A stretch of 64,000 bases of DNA from positions 1 through 64,000 of the IMG/VR virus record IMGVR_UViG_3300008624_000005; one strand, written 5' to 3'. Position 1 is the stretch's first letter, and every line of letters starts with the position of its first letter. The translations under genes and the position numbers were made by a program. Shown here one piece after another: positions 1-10,003 of this stretch. A model generated the notes under the pieces. The model saw only the letters and a program-made list of their open reading frames with translations. It was not told the origin of the DNA and ran no database searches. This stretch comes from a virus. Taxonomy: Duplodnaviria; Caudoviricetes.

Positions 1-403
1 ATCCAGTGCTACTATGTGTACCGCATGTACGACATGCAATATTACATTTATTTCCTAGTTTTAAATCTAATATTTGAGGCTGTGACAAATCATTATCTAA
101 TAATTCTTCATGTTCTTTGTTATCCCTTATTCGCTTTGAATTTCTTTCTGCTTTTTCTTCTACCCAACACAAGTTACAATTAGGATGATATTCTCCATTA
201 TTTAATGCATCTCTAACTTCATTTATTTGATCACAATTCCAAAACTCTTCAAGAGTATAGTCATTTAAAAATGTATTATTACCATTTATCTTTAATCTAT
301 CACTACTCATACAACATATTTTTACCTCACCATTGGCCTCGACTGATAAACTGGTAAAAGGTAAAACACAAAATGTTTTACTGTTTTTGTTTGCACAACT
401 CAT
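1..403 (-). CDS. Radical SAM protein with N-terminal twitch/SPASM-like Cys domain (runs off window start)
   Basis: Not in ORF track; manual translation from ATG at 403 gives MSCANKNSKTFCVLPFTSLSVEANGEVKICC...PQILDLKLGNKCNIACRTCGTHSS with a CxxxCxxC motif; overlaps the end of 378..1766. Confidence 0.85.
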   Translation of the reverse strand, partial: MSCANKNSKTFCVLPFTSLSVEANGEVKICCMSSDRLKINGNNTFLNDYTLEEFWNCDQINEVRDALNNGEYHPNCNLCWVEEKAERNSKRIRDNKEHEELLDNDLSQPQILDLKLGNKCNIACRTCGTHSSTG

Positions 404-1766
404 AAAAATCCTTATATTCTGGAAATGTTTTTAAAAAATTTTTATTTCTTCGTTTGTCGTGTTCTATAACAAATTTATAAAAATCTTTTTGTCCATTAGT
501 AACTTGTTCTGGTGTAAATGGATTTTTTATCATAACGTCTGTAACCCTTTTCATTTTTTCATATTCTACTTCACTAAAACCATGCCAGCCTATTTTATCC
601 ATCCTATTTTTTCTCATAAATTTGAGTATATCTTTTTGATCATGTAAATATGATTCAGGCAAAGTATTAAGTAAAAACCAAGGGGGTTCTTTAATATATG
701 GAGTATCAAATGCAATACGTTGTTCTTTTTCGCTGTTAAATTCAATTTCTTTAAATTCAGTTCGCCATTCCATTATTTTTTCTAATAACAATTTAAAACT
801 ATTTCTTACACATAAATTATGATAGGTACACATTAAATGAAGTTTACTATTTTTAACTGAATTTAAATATAACCTAATATTAGTTTCCCATAGCTCGCAA
901 TCAAGCCCGCTTCGTATATACTCTGCCTTTTCTCCCCAAGATTCGACACTAGTAAATAATTCAAATGCTTTAATTTTATTTTCAGCAAGTAATTTGTTTA
1001 TTTTTGTAGTCAGTCGTTTTATAAACTTAGTTGCCATTCCCATATTACTATTAACATGTATAGTTAAATGGGGCGAAGGATCTTTATCTAACATATCAAG
1101 CATCTTATATGTATTTAGATTAATTAAACATTCGCCTCCTGTAATACGCAAAACTTGTAAATCATTTTTTAAGTCGGGCCACCATTTCCAAAATGCATCT
1201 ATATATGGATTATAATCGTCTGGCTTATAAAATTGATCTTGTAAAAATTCTATACCATATTGATTGTACGAAACATCATAATTACCGTATCTTTCAATTT
1301 CTTCCATCCAACTAGAACTTGCTTGAGGACAACAATAAATACACTTAAAATTACATTTATTGCCAAAACTTAATTCTATATGCCTAGGATTCCAGTCAGC
1401 ATTCCATGATAAATTTTTAATAGTATTATAATCTTTTAATGCATACTCATTTGAACTATGAATAAATCTATCAGATATATGGTCACCTTCTAAATCTTCT
1501 ATATTCCAACAATAATAACATTCTTCAGGACGTCCGCCTTCTAGCATTGTTTTACGTTGTTGTTTTTTCCATTCTGTATTATGTAATGCCGAAGGATTAT
1601 TCTCTATTTCTTTTAATCCTATTCGTCTAGGTTGAGGATGATAGCAACTATGATTATCGCCCATATGAAGATATAAAGTTTCTGTTTGCCATTTCATTAG
1701 GCAAAATCCTTTACCCACTTCATTTAATTTATTTTTTGTAGAAATTATATTTTCAAGATAACTCAT
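378..1766 (-). CDS. Radical SAM protein (N-terminal twitch-like domain)
   Basis: CNFKCIYCCP motif, ITGGE motif, N-terminal FC...SCYHP...CYYCW, C-terminal DKRRNKNFLKTFPE shared with paralogs. Confidence 0.9.
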   Translation of the reverse strand: MSYLENIISTKNKLNEVGKGFCLMKWQTETLYLHMGDNHSCYHPQPRRIGLKEIENNPSALHNTEWKKQQRKTMLEGGRPEECYYCWNIEDLEGDHISDRFIHSSNEYALKDYNTIKNLSWNADWNPRHIELSFGNKCNFKCIYCCPQASSSWMEEIERYGNYDVSYNQYGIEFLQDQFYKPDDYNPYIDAFWKWWPDLKNDLQVLRITGGECLINLNTYKMLDMLDKDPSPHLTIHVNSNMGMATKFIKRLTTKINKLLAENKIKAFELFTSVESWGEKAEYIRSGLDCELWETNIRLYLNSVKNSKLHLMCTYHNLCVRNSFKLLLEKIMEWRTEFKEIEFNSEKEQRIAFDTPYIKEPPWFLLNTLPESYLHDQKDILKFMRKNRMDKIGWHGFSEVEYEKMKRVTDVMIKNPFTPEQVTNGQKDFYKFVIEHDKRRNKNFLKTFPEYKDFYELCKQKQ

Positions 1767-3459
1767 ATTGCGTTTTACAGTCTATATAAAATTTTGATAG
1801 TTCAGGAAAAACTTTCAAAAAATTAAGATTTTTTCTTCTATCATATTCTTTAAAAAACAAATAAAAATTAATCATTTTATCTTTAGGGTTAGTTGTTCCT
1901 TGTTTTGCCCATTCTAAATTTCTTTTCATTTTGTTTATTTCAAATAATTTAAAACCTGGAGAGATTGTATTTTGAATTTCTGTATTTTCAGCATTGTCAG
2001 ATAGGCTTATATTATTCTCCATAAACAAAATTGCATCTTCTATATAATTTAGATATACTGGTTGATTAATTAATTGAATATTCATCCAATCAGGATATTC
2101 TAAGTAAGGAATGTCAAACCATATTAATTGTCTATCTTGTTTTATATTTGACGTTCGAAGGTCTAATATGTATTGTAAGAAATTTTTTAATTTAGGTAAA
2201 CTTAATATATTAAAAGTATTTATAAATGATATATTAACACCTTCTGTTTGTGCTAATACAGTATCTACATTTCTTTTTAAATTATTATAATTTAAGCCAT
2301 ATCTAATATATTCTGCCTGTTCTTCGACTGTATCTAAACTTATATATAATGTAAATTGTTTTCCTTGATTTAATGCTAATTTAGAATTTGACGGATAAAA
2401 TTTTCCATCAATTTCTGTATAATTTTCTATATAAAAATATGCTCCGCTATTAGGATCAAACCCTCGCTCATTAAAAGTATCGTGTATATTAGTTTCAGAT
2501 ATTCTTGGATATTTTTTAAGTATATTATCATCGCATGATTCTTTTACTATAAATCTTTTTCTTTCGTATGGATTAGGATGGTCGATATTAGGCACATAAA
2601 ATTTAACATCTATACATTTATTTTTTACCTGTTTTTTTGTTATTTTATTAACACTATCTATAAATTTATATAACATTTTTTGATCAGGTGGACATAAATT
2701 ACTGGTTATTGATACTTCTAACAACGGATGAGGATGTTTATTAATGTAATCTAACATTTTAAATGTATTTGTATCAATAAGAGGTTCGCCGCCAGTCATT
2801 CTAAATGTACGCAAATCTTTATAAATTGTAGGTAACCATTTCCAAAAAGCATCAACATAAGGATTTTCTTCATTAGACATTTTTAACGGCATATCTAAAT
2901 ATTGTATATCATTATGATTAGAATCTATTCCTGACATTTTATATGGACCAAACTCCTTTATTTCTTTTTCCCATGTTGTACTCAAATGCGGTGAACAATA
3001 CATGCATTTAAAATTACATGCTTGATTAAAATTTACTTCGACATTAATTGGATTAACATTATAGTCATAAGAAGAGGTAGAAATTTTTTTTAATTTATCT
3101 TCTGCCCAATCCCAGTCCATATCAAAATATTCACAAGCTCTATAATGCCTATCACTTGTATGATCTAAATCTTCAGCAGACCAACAAAATTGACACCCTT
3201 TTGGTTTGGTTCCTTCAAGCATTAATTTACGTTCGTTCTTTTTTTCTATTGTATTATGTAATGCGCCTGGGTTGTCTTTTAATTCTTCTAATGGAATTTT
3301 ATGAGCAGGAGGATGATAACAACTATGTGTTTTTCCTTGAGGCAAATGTAAACTAACTTGCAACCATTTAGCCATACAAAACGACTTGCTGATCGAGTTA
3401 AGTTTTTCTTTCATGACCTCGGATTTATTATAATATTCTCCTCTTTTTAATTTTTGCAT
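1753..3459 (-). CDS. Radical SAM protein with ~85-aa insertion
   Basis: CNFKCMYCSP, MTGGEP, SCYHP...CQFCW, DRRKNLNFLKVFPE. Confidence 0.9.
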   Translation of the reverse strand: MQKLKRGEYYNKSEVMKEKLNSISKSFCMAKWLQVSLHLPQGKTHSCYHPPAHKIPLEELKDNPGALHNTIEKKNERKLMLEGTKPKGCQFCWSAEDLDHTSDRHYRACEYFDMDWDWAEDKLKKISTSSYDYNVNPINVEVNFNQACNFKCMYCSPHLSTTWEKEIKEFGPYKMSGIDSNHNDIQYLDMPLKMSNEENPYVDAFWKWLPTIYKDLRTFRMTGGEPLIDTNTFKMLDYINKHPHPLLEVSITSNLCPPDQKMLYKFIDSVNKITKKQVKNKCIDVKFYVPNIDHPNPYERKRFIVKESCDDNILKKYPRISETNIHDTFNERGFDPNSGAYFYIENYTEIDGKFYPSNSKLALNQGKQFTLYISLDTVEEQAEYIRYGLNYNNLKRNVDTVLAQTEGVNISFINTFNILSLPKLKNFLQYILDLRTSNIKQDRQLIWFDIPYLEYPDWMNIQLINQPVYLNYIEDAILFMENNISLSDNAENTEIQNTISPGFKLFEINKMKRNLEWAKQGTTNPKDKMINFYLFFKEYDRRKNLNFLKVFPELSKFYIDCKTQYELS

Positions 3460-3479
3460 TTGGTATTGTTAATAATAGG

Positions 3480-4280
3480 TCACACTATTTTTTGTGCAAC
3501 GATAACTCTTTCTTTGTCATTAAACCCCATTAGAATGGTGTCACTTTCTGTTAAATTATTTTCTTTACATACATCAGAATATACATCAGCAAATTTATCC
3601 CAATTATAATCTACATTATATTCTGTAATGAGAGCATTGGCAATACTTATATTGATTCTGCTAAACATATTGCATTCATTAAAAAAATCTATACCATCAT
3701 CGATATTTTCTTTTTGCATTCGCACTCCAATTCGTAAATATTCCGCACCATAACAAAATTTAGATAAACTAAATGCTAATGTTTCTATACAAGTATATTT
3801 TTTTAAATCTATGTTTATATTTTTAGAAACAGGATAATGACAAAAATCTAATAATACTGGTACTTGCAATTCTTCGCATTTATCTAATATACCAAACATA
3901 TCGGGATGAATTTTTCCTTTTCTCGTGAATGGTACGCTTATAATAAATGCATCGTACGAATTAATATAATCGTCTTCTATAAATTTATAATTAAGATTAT
4001 ATTTACATACTGCTTTATGATACATAAATTCGTCTTTAAAAAATCTAAATCGTTTATTAAAATGTTTTAAATAAAAATGATCAAATATTTGCACCGACCC
4101 GTGGGATAATGTTATGTGATTAAAATCCTGTAATCCGTGTATTAAATTTAATCTAGAACTTAGAATCCAATTAACAAAATTTTTTTTAAATTTATTAGGT
4201 ATAGTATCATCATATAAATCTATTTTCTTCAAAAATTTTGTTAAGTCTATACTTTTAATACCTTCTAGTCTTGCTTGCAT
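3480..4280 (-). CDS. PLP-dependent fold-type-I enzyme (aminotransferase-like), compact
   Basis: VLLDFCHY (PLP Asp region) and FSLSK...LRIG (Schiff-base Lys motif) typical of class I/II aminotransferases. Confidence 0.7.
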   Translation of the reverse strand: MQARLEGIKSIDLTKFLKKIDLYDDTIPNKFKKNFVNWILSSRLNLIHGLQDFNHITLSHGSVQIFDHFYLKHFNKRFRFFKDEFMYHKAVCKYNLNYKFIEDDYINSYDAFIISVPFTRKGKIHPDMFGILDKCEELQVPVLLDFCHYPVSKNINIDLKKYTCIETLAFSLSKFCYGAEYLRIGVRMQKENIDDGIDFFNECNMFSRINISIANALITEYNVDYNWDKFADVYSDVCKENNLTESDTILMGFNDKERVIVAQKIV

Positions 4281-6241
4281 AAATTATAAAACTCCTTATA
4301 TTCTGGAAATATTTTTAAAAAATTAGTATTTCGTCTTTTATCTAACTGATCAACATATAAAGCAAAATTTTTTCGTTGAATATTATAATTTTTAGATCCA
4401 TATACTTTATCTTCTATATGTCTTATTACTCGTTGTAATTTTTCTATTTCAAAATCTGCAAAACCTACCAAAGGAGAAGTATTCTCAATTGAATTTTTTT
4501 TCATAAAGTATTCTGCATCCCACATGTATTGTAGAAAATCTTTTGTGCAAATATCAACGGACAACCAATTAGGGTATTCTAATATAGGCAAATCAAACCA
4601 TATCATTTGCCTTTCTCGAAAACTATTATATTTGTTTCTTAACTCTAATATAAATTCTAAATATTCTGTTATAGAAGATATAGATAAAATGTTAAATGTG
4701 TTTATAAAAGACATACTACATGAATATAACCAAAAATTGTATTTAAATTTGTATATATATCCAAATCTGTTAGATAAATTGTAAGTAATATCTACATCAT
4801 ATGTATAATTATAACTGTCAAGGTTTAACGACCCACCTTTTGGTACTATCTTACCACTGGGCATAGTATTTTTTCCATTACTAAAACCTTGTTCTTCTAT
4901 TTTTTGCAATTCTTCATTGGTTATGAATCCGTTGTATTTTTTATTAGGTTCATTAGATGTTACTACATACGGCAATAAAGAATACTCATCGTTTCCTATA
5001 ACATACCGTTCTTCTTTATTTGATTTAGGTTTAAAAGGATCTTTTATAGATCTTTTATCTTTTACATAAATTTTAATAGATTTTGTTTTTGACGGCAACT
5101 CGTCGATAAAATTTTTGTCACCTATTTCTGATAAAATCTTCATTTCATCAAATGTTTCTTTACCTACTATGTATTCTTTCCATAACAGTTTTCCGTTTTT
5201 ATCTCTTTCTGGCGTTCCATCTTTTGGATTTTCGACAAATACAGTTGCTGGTTTCTCATATAATTTTAAAAATTTATCAATATTAAATTTTATTTTATTC
5301 CAATTCATGCCCGTTCGAATATACTCGGCTTTTTTACCAATCGAATCTAAACTCACAAAAAGCATAAAATGTTTTAATGACTTTGCTCGTTCTAAATTAA
5401 ATAATTTATCAATAAATTTATCTACAAGTTTATCGTCTGTTGGTGAAAAATTGCTAGTTACACTCATCTGCAATTTATCATTTTTATGTTTTAAAGCATA
5501 ATCTAATACTTTATACGTATCTTTATGCATTAACGGTTCTCCGCCAGTCATTCTAAAATGATGTAAATTATCATATACATCTGGCATCCATTTCCAAAAT
5601 GCTTTAACGTATGGATTATCTTTTTTCTTTATTTTATTTTCTTTACGAACTTCAAATGGTAGTTTTCCTATTTGTTCTAAACTAATTATATCATTATGAT
5701 TTATAGAATATTGTTTACTATCTCTAGGAGAATCTAACTTAAAAGGTCCAAATTGTTCTATTTCTTCATACCAACTACTACTTAAATGTGGCGAACAATA
5801 AATGCATTTTTGATTACATGCATGACTGAAATTTACTTCTAAATATGCCGGTTTTACATTAAACTTGTATTCATTATCTGTCACATAATCGTAATTTTCA
5901 AATGCCCAATCTTCGGAAGATCTATACAACCTATCGCTTATTTGTTTTGAATTTTTAAGTTCCTCTATTTTCCAACAATACTCACAACCAGGTGGTTTTT
6001 TACCAAGGATCATCTGTTTGCGTTCTGCTATTTTAAATTTTGTATTATGTAAGGCACTTGGATCTTGTTCTAATTCTTCTAAAGGTATTTTATGAGCAGG
6101 AGGGTGATAACAACTTTGCGTGAGGCCATGAGGTAAATGTATTTGAACATATAACCATTTTGCTAAACAAAAGGTAGGCGATATATCTTCTAATAATGGT
6201 TTGACCCTGTCTACTTTTTCAGATATTTCCCAATTATCCAA
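4265..6241 (-). CDS. Radical SAM protein with ~175-aa insertion
   Basis: CNQKCIYCSP, MTGGEP, SCYHPPAH...CEYCW, DKRRNTNFLKIFPE. Confidence 0.9.
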   Translation of the reverse strand: MDNWEISEKVDRVKPLLEDISPTFCLAKWLYVQIHLPHGLTQSCYHPPAHKIPLEELEQDPSALHNTKFKIAERKQMILGKKPPGCEYCWKIEELKNSKQISDRLYRSSEDWAFENYDYVTDNEYKFNVKPAYLEVNFSHACNQKCIYCSPHLSSSWYEEIEQFGPFKLDSPRDSKQYSINHNDIISLEQIGKLPFEVRKENKIKKKDNPYVKAFWKWMPDVYDNLHHFRMTGGEPLMHKDTYKVLDYALKHKNDKLQMSVTSNFSPTDDKLVDKFIDKLFNLERAKSLKHFMLFVSLDSIGKKAEYIRTGMNWNKIKFNIDKFLKLYEKPATVFVENPKDGTPERDKNGKLLWKEYIVGKETFDEMKILSEIGDKNFIDELPSKTKSIKIYVKDKRSIKDPFKPKSNKEERYVIGNDEYSLLPYVVTSNEPNKKYNGFITNEELQKIEEQGFSNGKNTMPSGKIVPKGGSLNLDSYNYTYDVDITYNLSNRFGYIYKFKYNFWLYSCSMSFINTFNILSISSITEYLEFILELRNKYNSFRERQMIWFDLPILEYPNWLSVDICTKDFLQYMWDAEYFMKKNSIENTSPLVGFADFEIEKLQRVIRHIEDKVYGSKNYNIQRKNFALYVDQLDKRRNTNFLKIFPEYKEFYNLCKQD

Positions 6242-7157
6242 TTTGATCTTCTCTTATTAACGGAGCAGTCCGTGTAGGACTTACATATACTTCTTTAAAG
6301 AATCTACTATTTTGTGCTTCCATTTCTGCTATTGGTAGTTCTAATTCATCACGTATTTTATCACCTAAATCATATACTTCATTTAAAAATTTATCTTCAT
6401 CGTGACCAAACTTTGGCCAAATTTCCATTTCCCAAAACTCTGTGTGCCATTTAAAGTCCCGCACAAGGGTATACTCCCAATCAGTTGCATTAGTCATCCA
6501 ACAACCTAATCGAGCACCGTATATTGCCCAAAGCCCATTAAGGGCATCTGCACCAACTGTCATCCATACTAATAATCGTTTAAGATTTTTTTCATGTAAT
6601 AATGTTAACGGTTTGTTTTTTAACTTAAAACCTTCATCTAAACTCATTTTTACACCTTCACGAAACCCGGCTCTAAATGCTTGATATGGAGTAGCATTAT
6701 TATGTACATAACTATAAATGTTATTCATTTGTACGTAATGTACATCCCAACAAAATTCTATATGTGACTTTGGCGAACCAAGTATATTAGATGCTTCATG
6801 TGTTCGCATATTTTCAACTACATGTTTAGGCCAACATTTTAATCCACCATTGCCATATACAAGTCCATTAACATCATTTTTACCAGACCAACTAATAACC
6901 CAATCGTCTTCAATTTTATCTGTATCAATTTCTACATTAAAAAAATCTGGATCAACAATATTGTCTGCATCAACACCAACCCATCTGTCAGTTTCTGATA
7001 ACGCCGATGCGGCTTTATGTGCGGCATCACTCCCAAACACACCATGCGATCGTTTTGCCCAAGGGCATTTACTTTGTAAGTCTGCGAAGTTTGCATTAGC
7101 ATTAGGCTCATCATATGATATGAATATAATGTCTAGTTCAGTTACTGGTATCTTCAT
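6234..7157 (-). CDS. GT-A fold glycosyltransferase-like protein
   Basis: N-terminal IIFISYDE strand, DxD motif (VGVDADN), NGLVYGNGG; family seen in large phages. Confidence 0.65.
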   Translation of the reverse strand: MKIPVTELDIIFISYDEPNANANFADLQSKCPWAKRSHGVFGSDAAHKAASALSETDRWVGVDADNIVDPDFFNVEIDTDKIEDDWVISWSGKNDVNGLVYGNGGLKCWPKHVVENMRTHEASNILGSPKSHIEFCWDVHYVQMNNIYSYVHNNATPYQAFRAGFREGVKMSLDEGFKLKNKPLTLLHEKNLKRLLVWMTVGADALNGLWAIYGARLGCWMTNATDWEYTLVRDFKWHTEFWEMEIWPKFGHDEDKFLNEVYDLGDKIRDELELPIAEMEAQNSRFFKEVYVSPTRTAPLIREDQIG

Positions 7158-8031
7158 ATTTTATTTTTAATTGTTTTTTGTTGCAATAAATGTTTTTATT
7201 AGTTAATATAACATTATACGGTTTATCAAAAGATAAACTTTCTTGTTTTTGTAATTGTTTTAATGTAAAAGAAATGTAATGTTCTAATTTAGCAGGATTA
7301 TGTTTATCAATAAAACTAATCATAATCTTATCATTTAACATATACTCAAATTCTTGCCAATATCGAATATTATTTCTAATAATAATTCCATTTTCTACTT
7401 TATCGTTGCCTACTTGTCCGTGCCACCATTTTTTACCTACCCAATAATCTACTATAATATGGTAATCTTCATTTATTAAGTTTCTATCAACTTTTTTAAT
7501 TTTTATTCTATCTGATTCTAAAATTTCATATGCATAATGTTCAAAACATCTGTGCGTTTTAAATACTATATCTGTTACATTTACTTTACTTAAAATTGTA
7601 GAGATATCTTGTTCATATTTTCCTGTTTTAAAATATTCATTTAAGTCTATTTCTAATGTACCTATTAATCCTGGACTTTTTTTAGAGTGAACAAATATTT
7701 TTAATATTGGATGGATAAATTGAATCTTATCAAGTTGATAAGCATCTATAAATGATTCTATAAAATACTTATCAATTATTATTTTTAAAATATTTTTATC
7801 AGGAAATATATTTAACTTTACTGTGGATGTTTTACCATATTTTATAATTGAAAGTTTTTTTTCTAGCGGTAATCTAACTATATTATCTCTCTTATATAAT
7901 TTACCGTCAAATACCATATAATTATCAATATTATCGGTAGGCATATTATCTTTAATACAACAATTAGATTTTTCTCGTGTATGACCAGTAATTAACCCAG
8001 TCCATTTTTTATAATGTATATATTTCTGCAT
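7138..8031 (-). CDS. Hypothetical protein
   Basis: 297-aa ORF overlapping both neighbours in the operon; no motif recognised. Confidence 0.7.
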   Translation of the reverse strand: MQKYIHYKKWTGLITGHTREKSNCCIKDNMPTDNIDNYMVFDGKLYKRDNIVRLPLEKKLSIIKYGKTSTVKLNIFPDKNILKIIIDKYFIESFIDAYQLDKIQFIHPILKIFVHSKKSPGLIGTLEIDLNEYFKTGKYEQDISTILSKVNVTDIVFKTHRCFEHYAYEILESDRIKIKKVDRNLINEDYHIIVDYWVGKKWWHGQVGNDKVENGIIIRNNIRYWQEFEYMLNDKIMISFIDKHNPAKLEHYISFTLKQLQKQESLSFDKPYNVILTNKNIYCNKKQLKIKYEDTSN

Positions 8032-8764
8032 TTCTATAATGTAATGGATAATATTGATTAAAATTTTCTATATAAAAATTAGTTATATCGCCCCAATAAT
8101 ATAAGTCTTCGTCCCATTTTTTAACAGAAGCATTCAAGCATGATAGTTTCATATCTATATATTTAAATATGTTATTTTTATCGTATACCTTATCTTCTAT
8201 ACCTAACATCTTTATACAAGCAGGAAATACGTGACTTGTTCTAAGTGATGTGGGTCGTTTATTAGGAAATATTTCTAAACTTATAGATCTATAATTTTTT
8301 AGTACCTGTTCTAACATTGTAAATAATTCTTGAGCTTCTTGTCCTTTTTTAAAGTAAAACATTTTTTCATATGCAGGACGGACCTCATGTTCTGTTAAGA
8401 TTTTATCATACTGCTCGTGTTTTATTGTTTCTTGTTTATAATTTATTATTGTATTAGGAAAAAGTAAATCAAATTTAGACAAATAATCCCACCAATAAGA
8501 ATAGTCATTTAAAAATAACATATCGGCATCTAGCACAATAGTTTCATCATACGGCGTAGCCCAATATATTTGCCATAAATTTAATAAATTGCTTGTAAAT
8601 GTATTTTTGTGCCACTCTGATTTTTTAGTAATATCTTCATATGGGAAATTATCCGATATAATTGTTACATCATTATTGGTATGATATTCTATACTTTTTT
8701 TAAGAGCTTGTGCCTTACTAATATAAGGCTCGTCTACTGCATATATTAAATAACCTTTAGACAT
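8009..8764 (-). CDS. Glycosyltransferase-like protein (GT-A, GT8/mannosyltransferase-like)
   Basis: KGYLIYA N-terminus, TPYDETIVLDADMLF DxD motif. Confidence 0.7.
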   Translation of the reverse strand: MSKGYLIYAVDEPYISKAQALKKSIEYHTNNDVTIISDNFPYEDITKKSEWHKNTFTSNLLNLWQIYWATPYDETIVLDADMLFLNDYSYWWDYLSKFDLLFPNTIINYKQETIKHEQYDKILTEHEVRPAYEKMFYFKKGQEAQELFTMLEQVLKNYRSISLEIFPNKRPTSLRTSHVFPACIKMLGIEDKVYDKNNIFKYIDMKLSCLNASVKKWDEDLYYWGDITNFYIENFNQYYPLHYRNAEIYTL

Positions 8765-9737
8765 ATAACTCCATTAATTCATTGTAATGCCTTTCAATAG
8801 CACGTTTATTCATCATATGTAAATTTTCACCTTCACTATAGGTTAAAATATTTTTCCATTCTTCTTTATAATTATTTGCAAAAAATACAATACCATTTTT
8901 ATCTACACTTGCAATATCATCTTTATATGCCATATACTTCATAGGCGAGCCGGGTAGTTCGGCAAACAAATCATCTACATATTGTACAAAGTTTTTTAAT
9001 AAATGTATAGAAATACTGACCGCAAAATCTGTTCTGTATAGTCCTTCAGGAAATTTATATAATGATTGATAATAATCATAGTTTTCTTTTACATGAGCCC
9101 ACATATCAAAGAACATTTTAGATATAGGTGACTTATCAAAATATATAATAGTCGACCAATATAAAGGAATGCCTACCTCATTTAATCTTCTATCTAAATT
9201 ATGATCAGGTTCTGTATTTTTTAATGTTTGTGCATTTCTATATAATTGTATAGGCGAATTTACATCAAAAGCTAAATTTAGTATAGCATTATTAGCTAAA
9301 AAATCTACATCAAATAATATAGTTTGATCATATGGTGATAATTCAAATACTTTATGTTTATTTAAATTCTCAAATTGAGCCTTATAACTGGCATAGGGTG
9401 TATCATAATAATTACGAACATTATGTAAATTTTCTGGTTCTTCTTTTATTATAGTATCAAACGCTGTTTGTAAAAATATAGAAGATTTTTCTGTACTATG
9501 TTTGTAACTTTCTATTGAACCAGTATTAGATATTAATGTTGTTGGTAATTGCATATGAGCTTTTACCGAAATGGCACTCAAACATGCTAATTTAACGTAA
9601 TCTATTTCTTTATTATTATACGCAAAAAATATTGCGCCTTTACTCGAAGTTAACGAGCTTTTTAATTGATCTTGCTTTTCGGATTTTTTCGTATCCTTGG
9701 AAGTGTTCATTTTTTGCATTTGCATATGTGTAAACAA
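8757..9737 (-). CDS. Glycosyltransferase-like protein (GT-A), start uncertain
   Basis: KGAIFFAYNN, SPYDQTILFDVDF DxD motif, LYWSTIIYF, YRTDFAVS; paralog of 8009..8764. Confidence 0.7.
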   Translation of the reverse strand: MFTHMQMQKMNTSKDTKKSEKQDQLKSSLTSSKGAIFFAYNNKEIDYVKLACLSAISVKAHMQLPTTLISNTGSIESYKHSTEKSSIFLQTAFDTIIKEEPENLHNVRNYYDTPYASYKAQFENLNKHKVFELSPYDQTILFDVDFLANNAILNLAFDVNSPIQLYRNAQTLKNTEPDHNLDRRLNEVGIPLYWSTIIYFDKSPISKMFFDMWAHVKENYDYYQSLYKFPEGLYRTDFAVSISIHLLKNFVQYVDDLFAELPGSPMKYMAYKDDIASVDKNGIVFFANNYKEEWKNILTYSEGENLHMMNKRAIERHYNELMELYV

Positions 9738-9990
9738 TATTTTCTAAAAAGTCTTTTGGATCGTCTATTTTAACAGGATTTCCATTAACATCATCTACAA
9801 CAAATTCTGCATACTCTAAATCTATCATAGTTTTAGTTAATGCAATAAGTTGTTCTGTTGTTTTAATAAGTCTATCTCTATAAGTTAGAAGTTTTAGGTC
9901 TTCTACTTTTGAAAATAATGTTTGTTGTTGGTTGTAAAGGGTTTGTCTAAAGTTTGAAAAGTCTAATGCTTTTTCTAATTTACTATCCAT
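9640..9990 (-). CDS. Hypothetical phage protein (possibly tail-associated)
   Basis: AAGGAG Shine-Dalgarno upstream; MDSKLEKALDFSNF...DDVNGNPVKIDD. Confidence 0.7.
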   Translation of the reverse strand: MDSKLEKALDFSNFRQTLYNQQQTLFSKVEDLKLLTYRDRLIKTTEQLIALTKTMIDLEYAEFVVDDVNGNPVKIDDPKDFLENIVYTYANAKNEHFQGYEKIRKARSIKKLVNFE

Positions 9991-10003
9991 TTTCTCCTTT
10001 TAA

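Noticed and set aside
2375-5255. Inteins in the radical SAM genes
   Set aside because: Inserts lack the C/S...HN-(C/S/T) splice junctions and any LAGLIDADG/HNH motif
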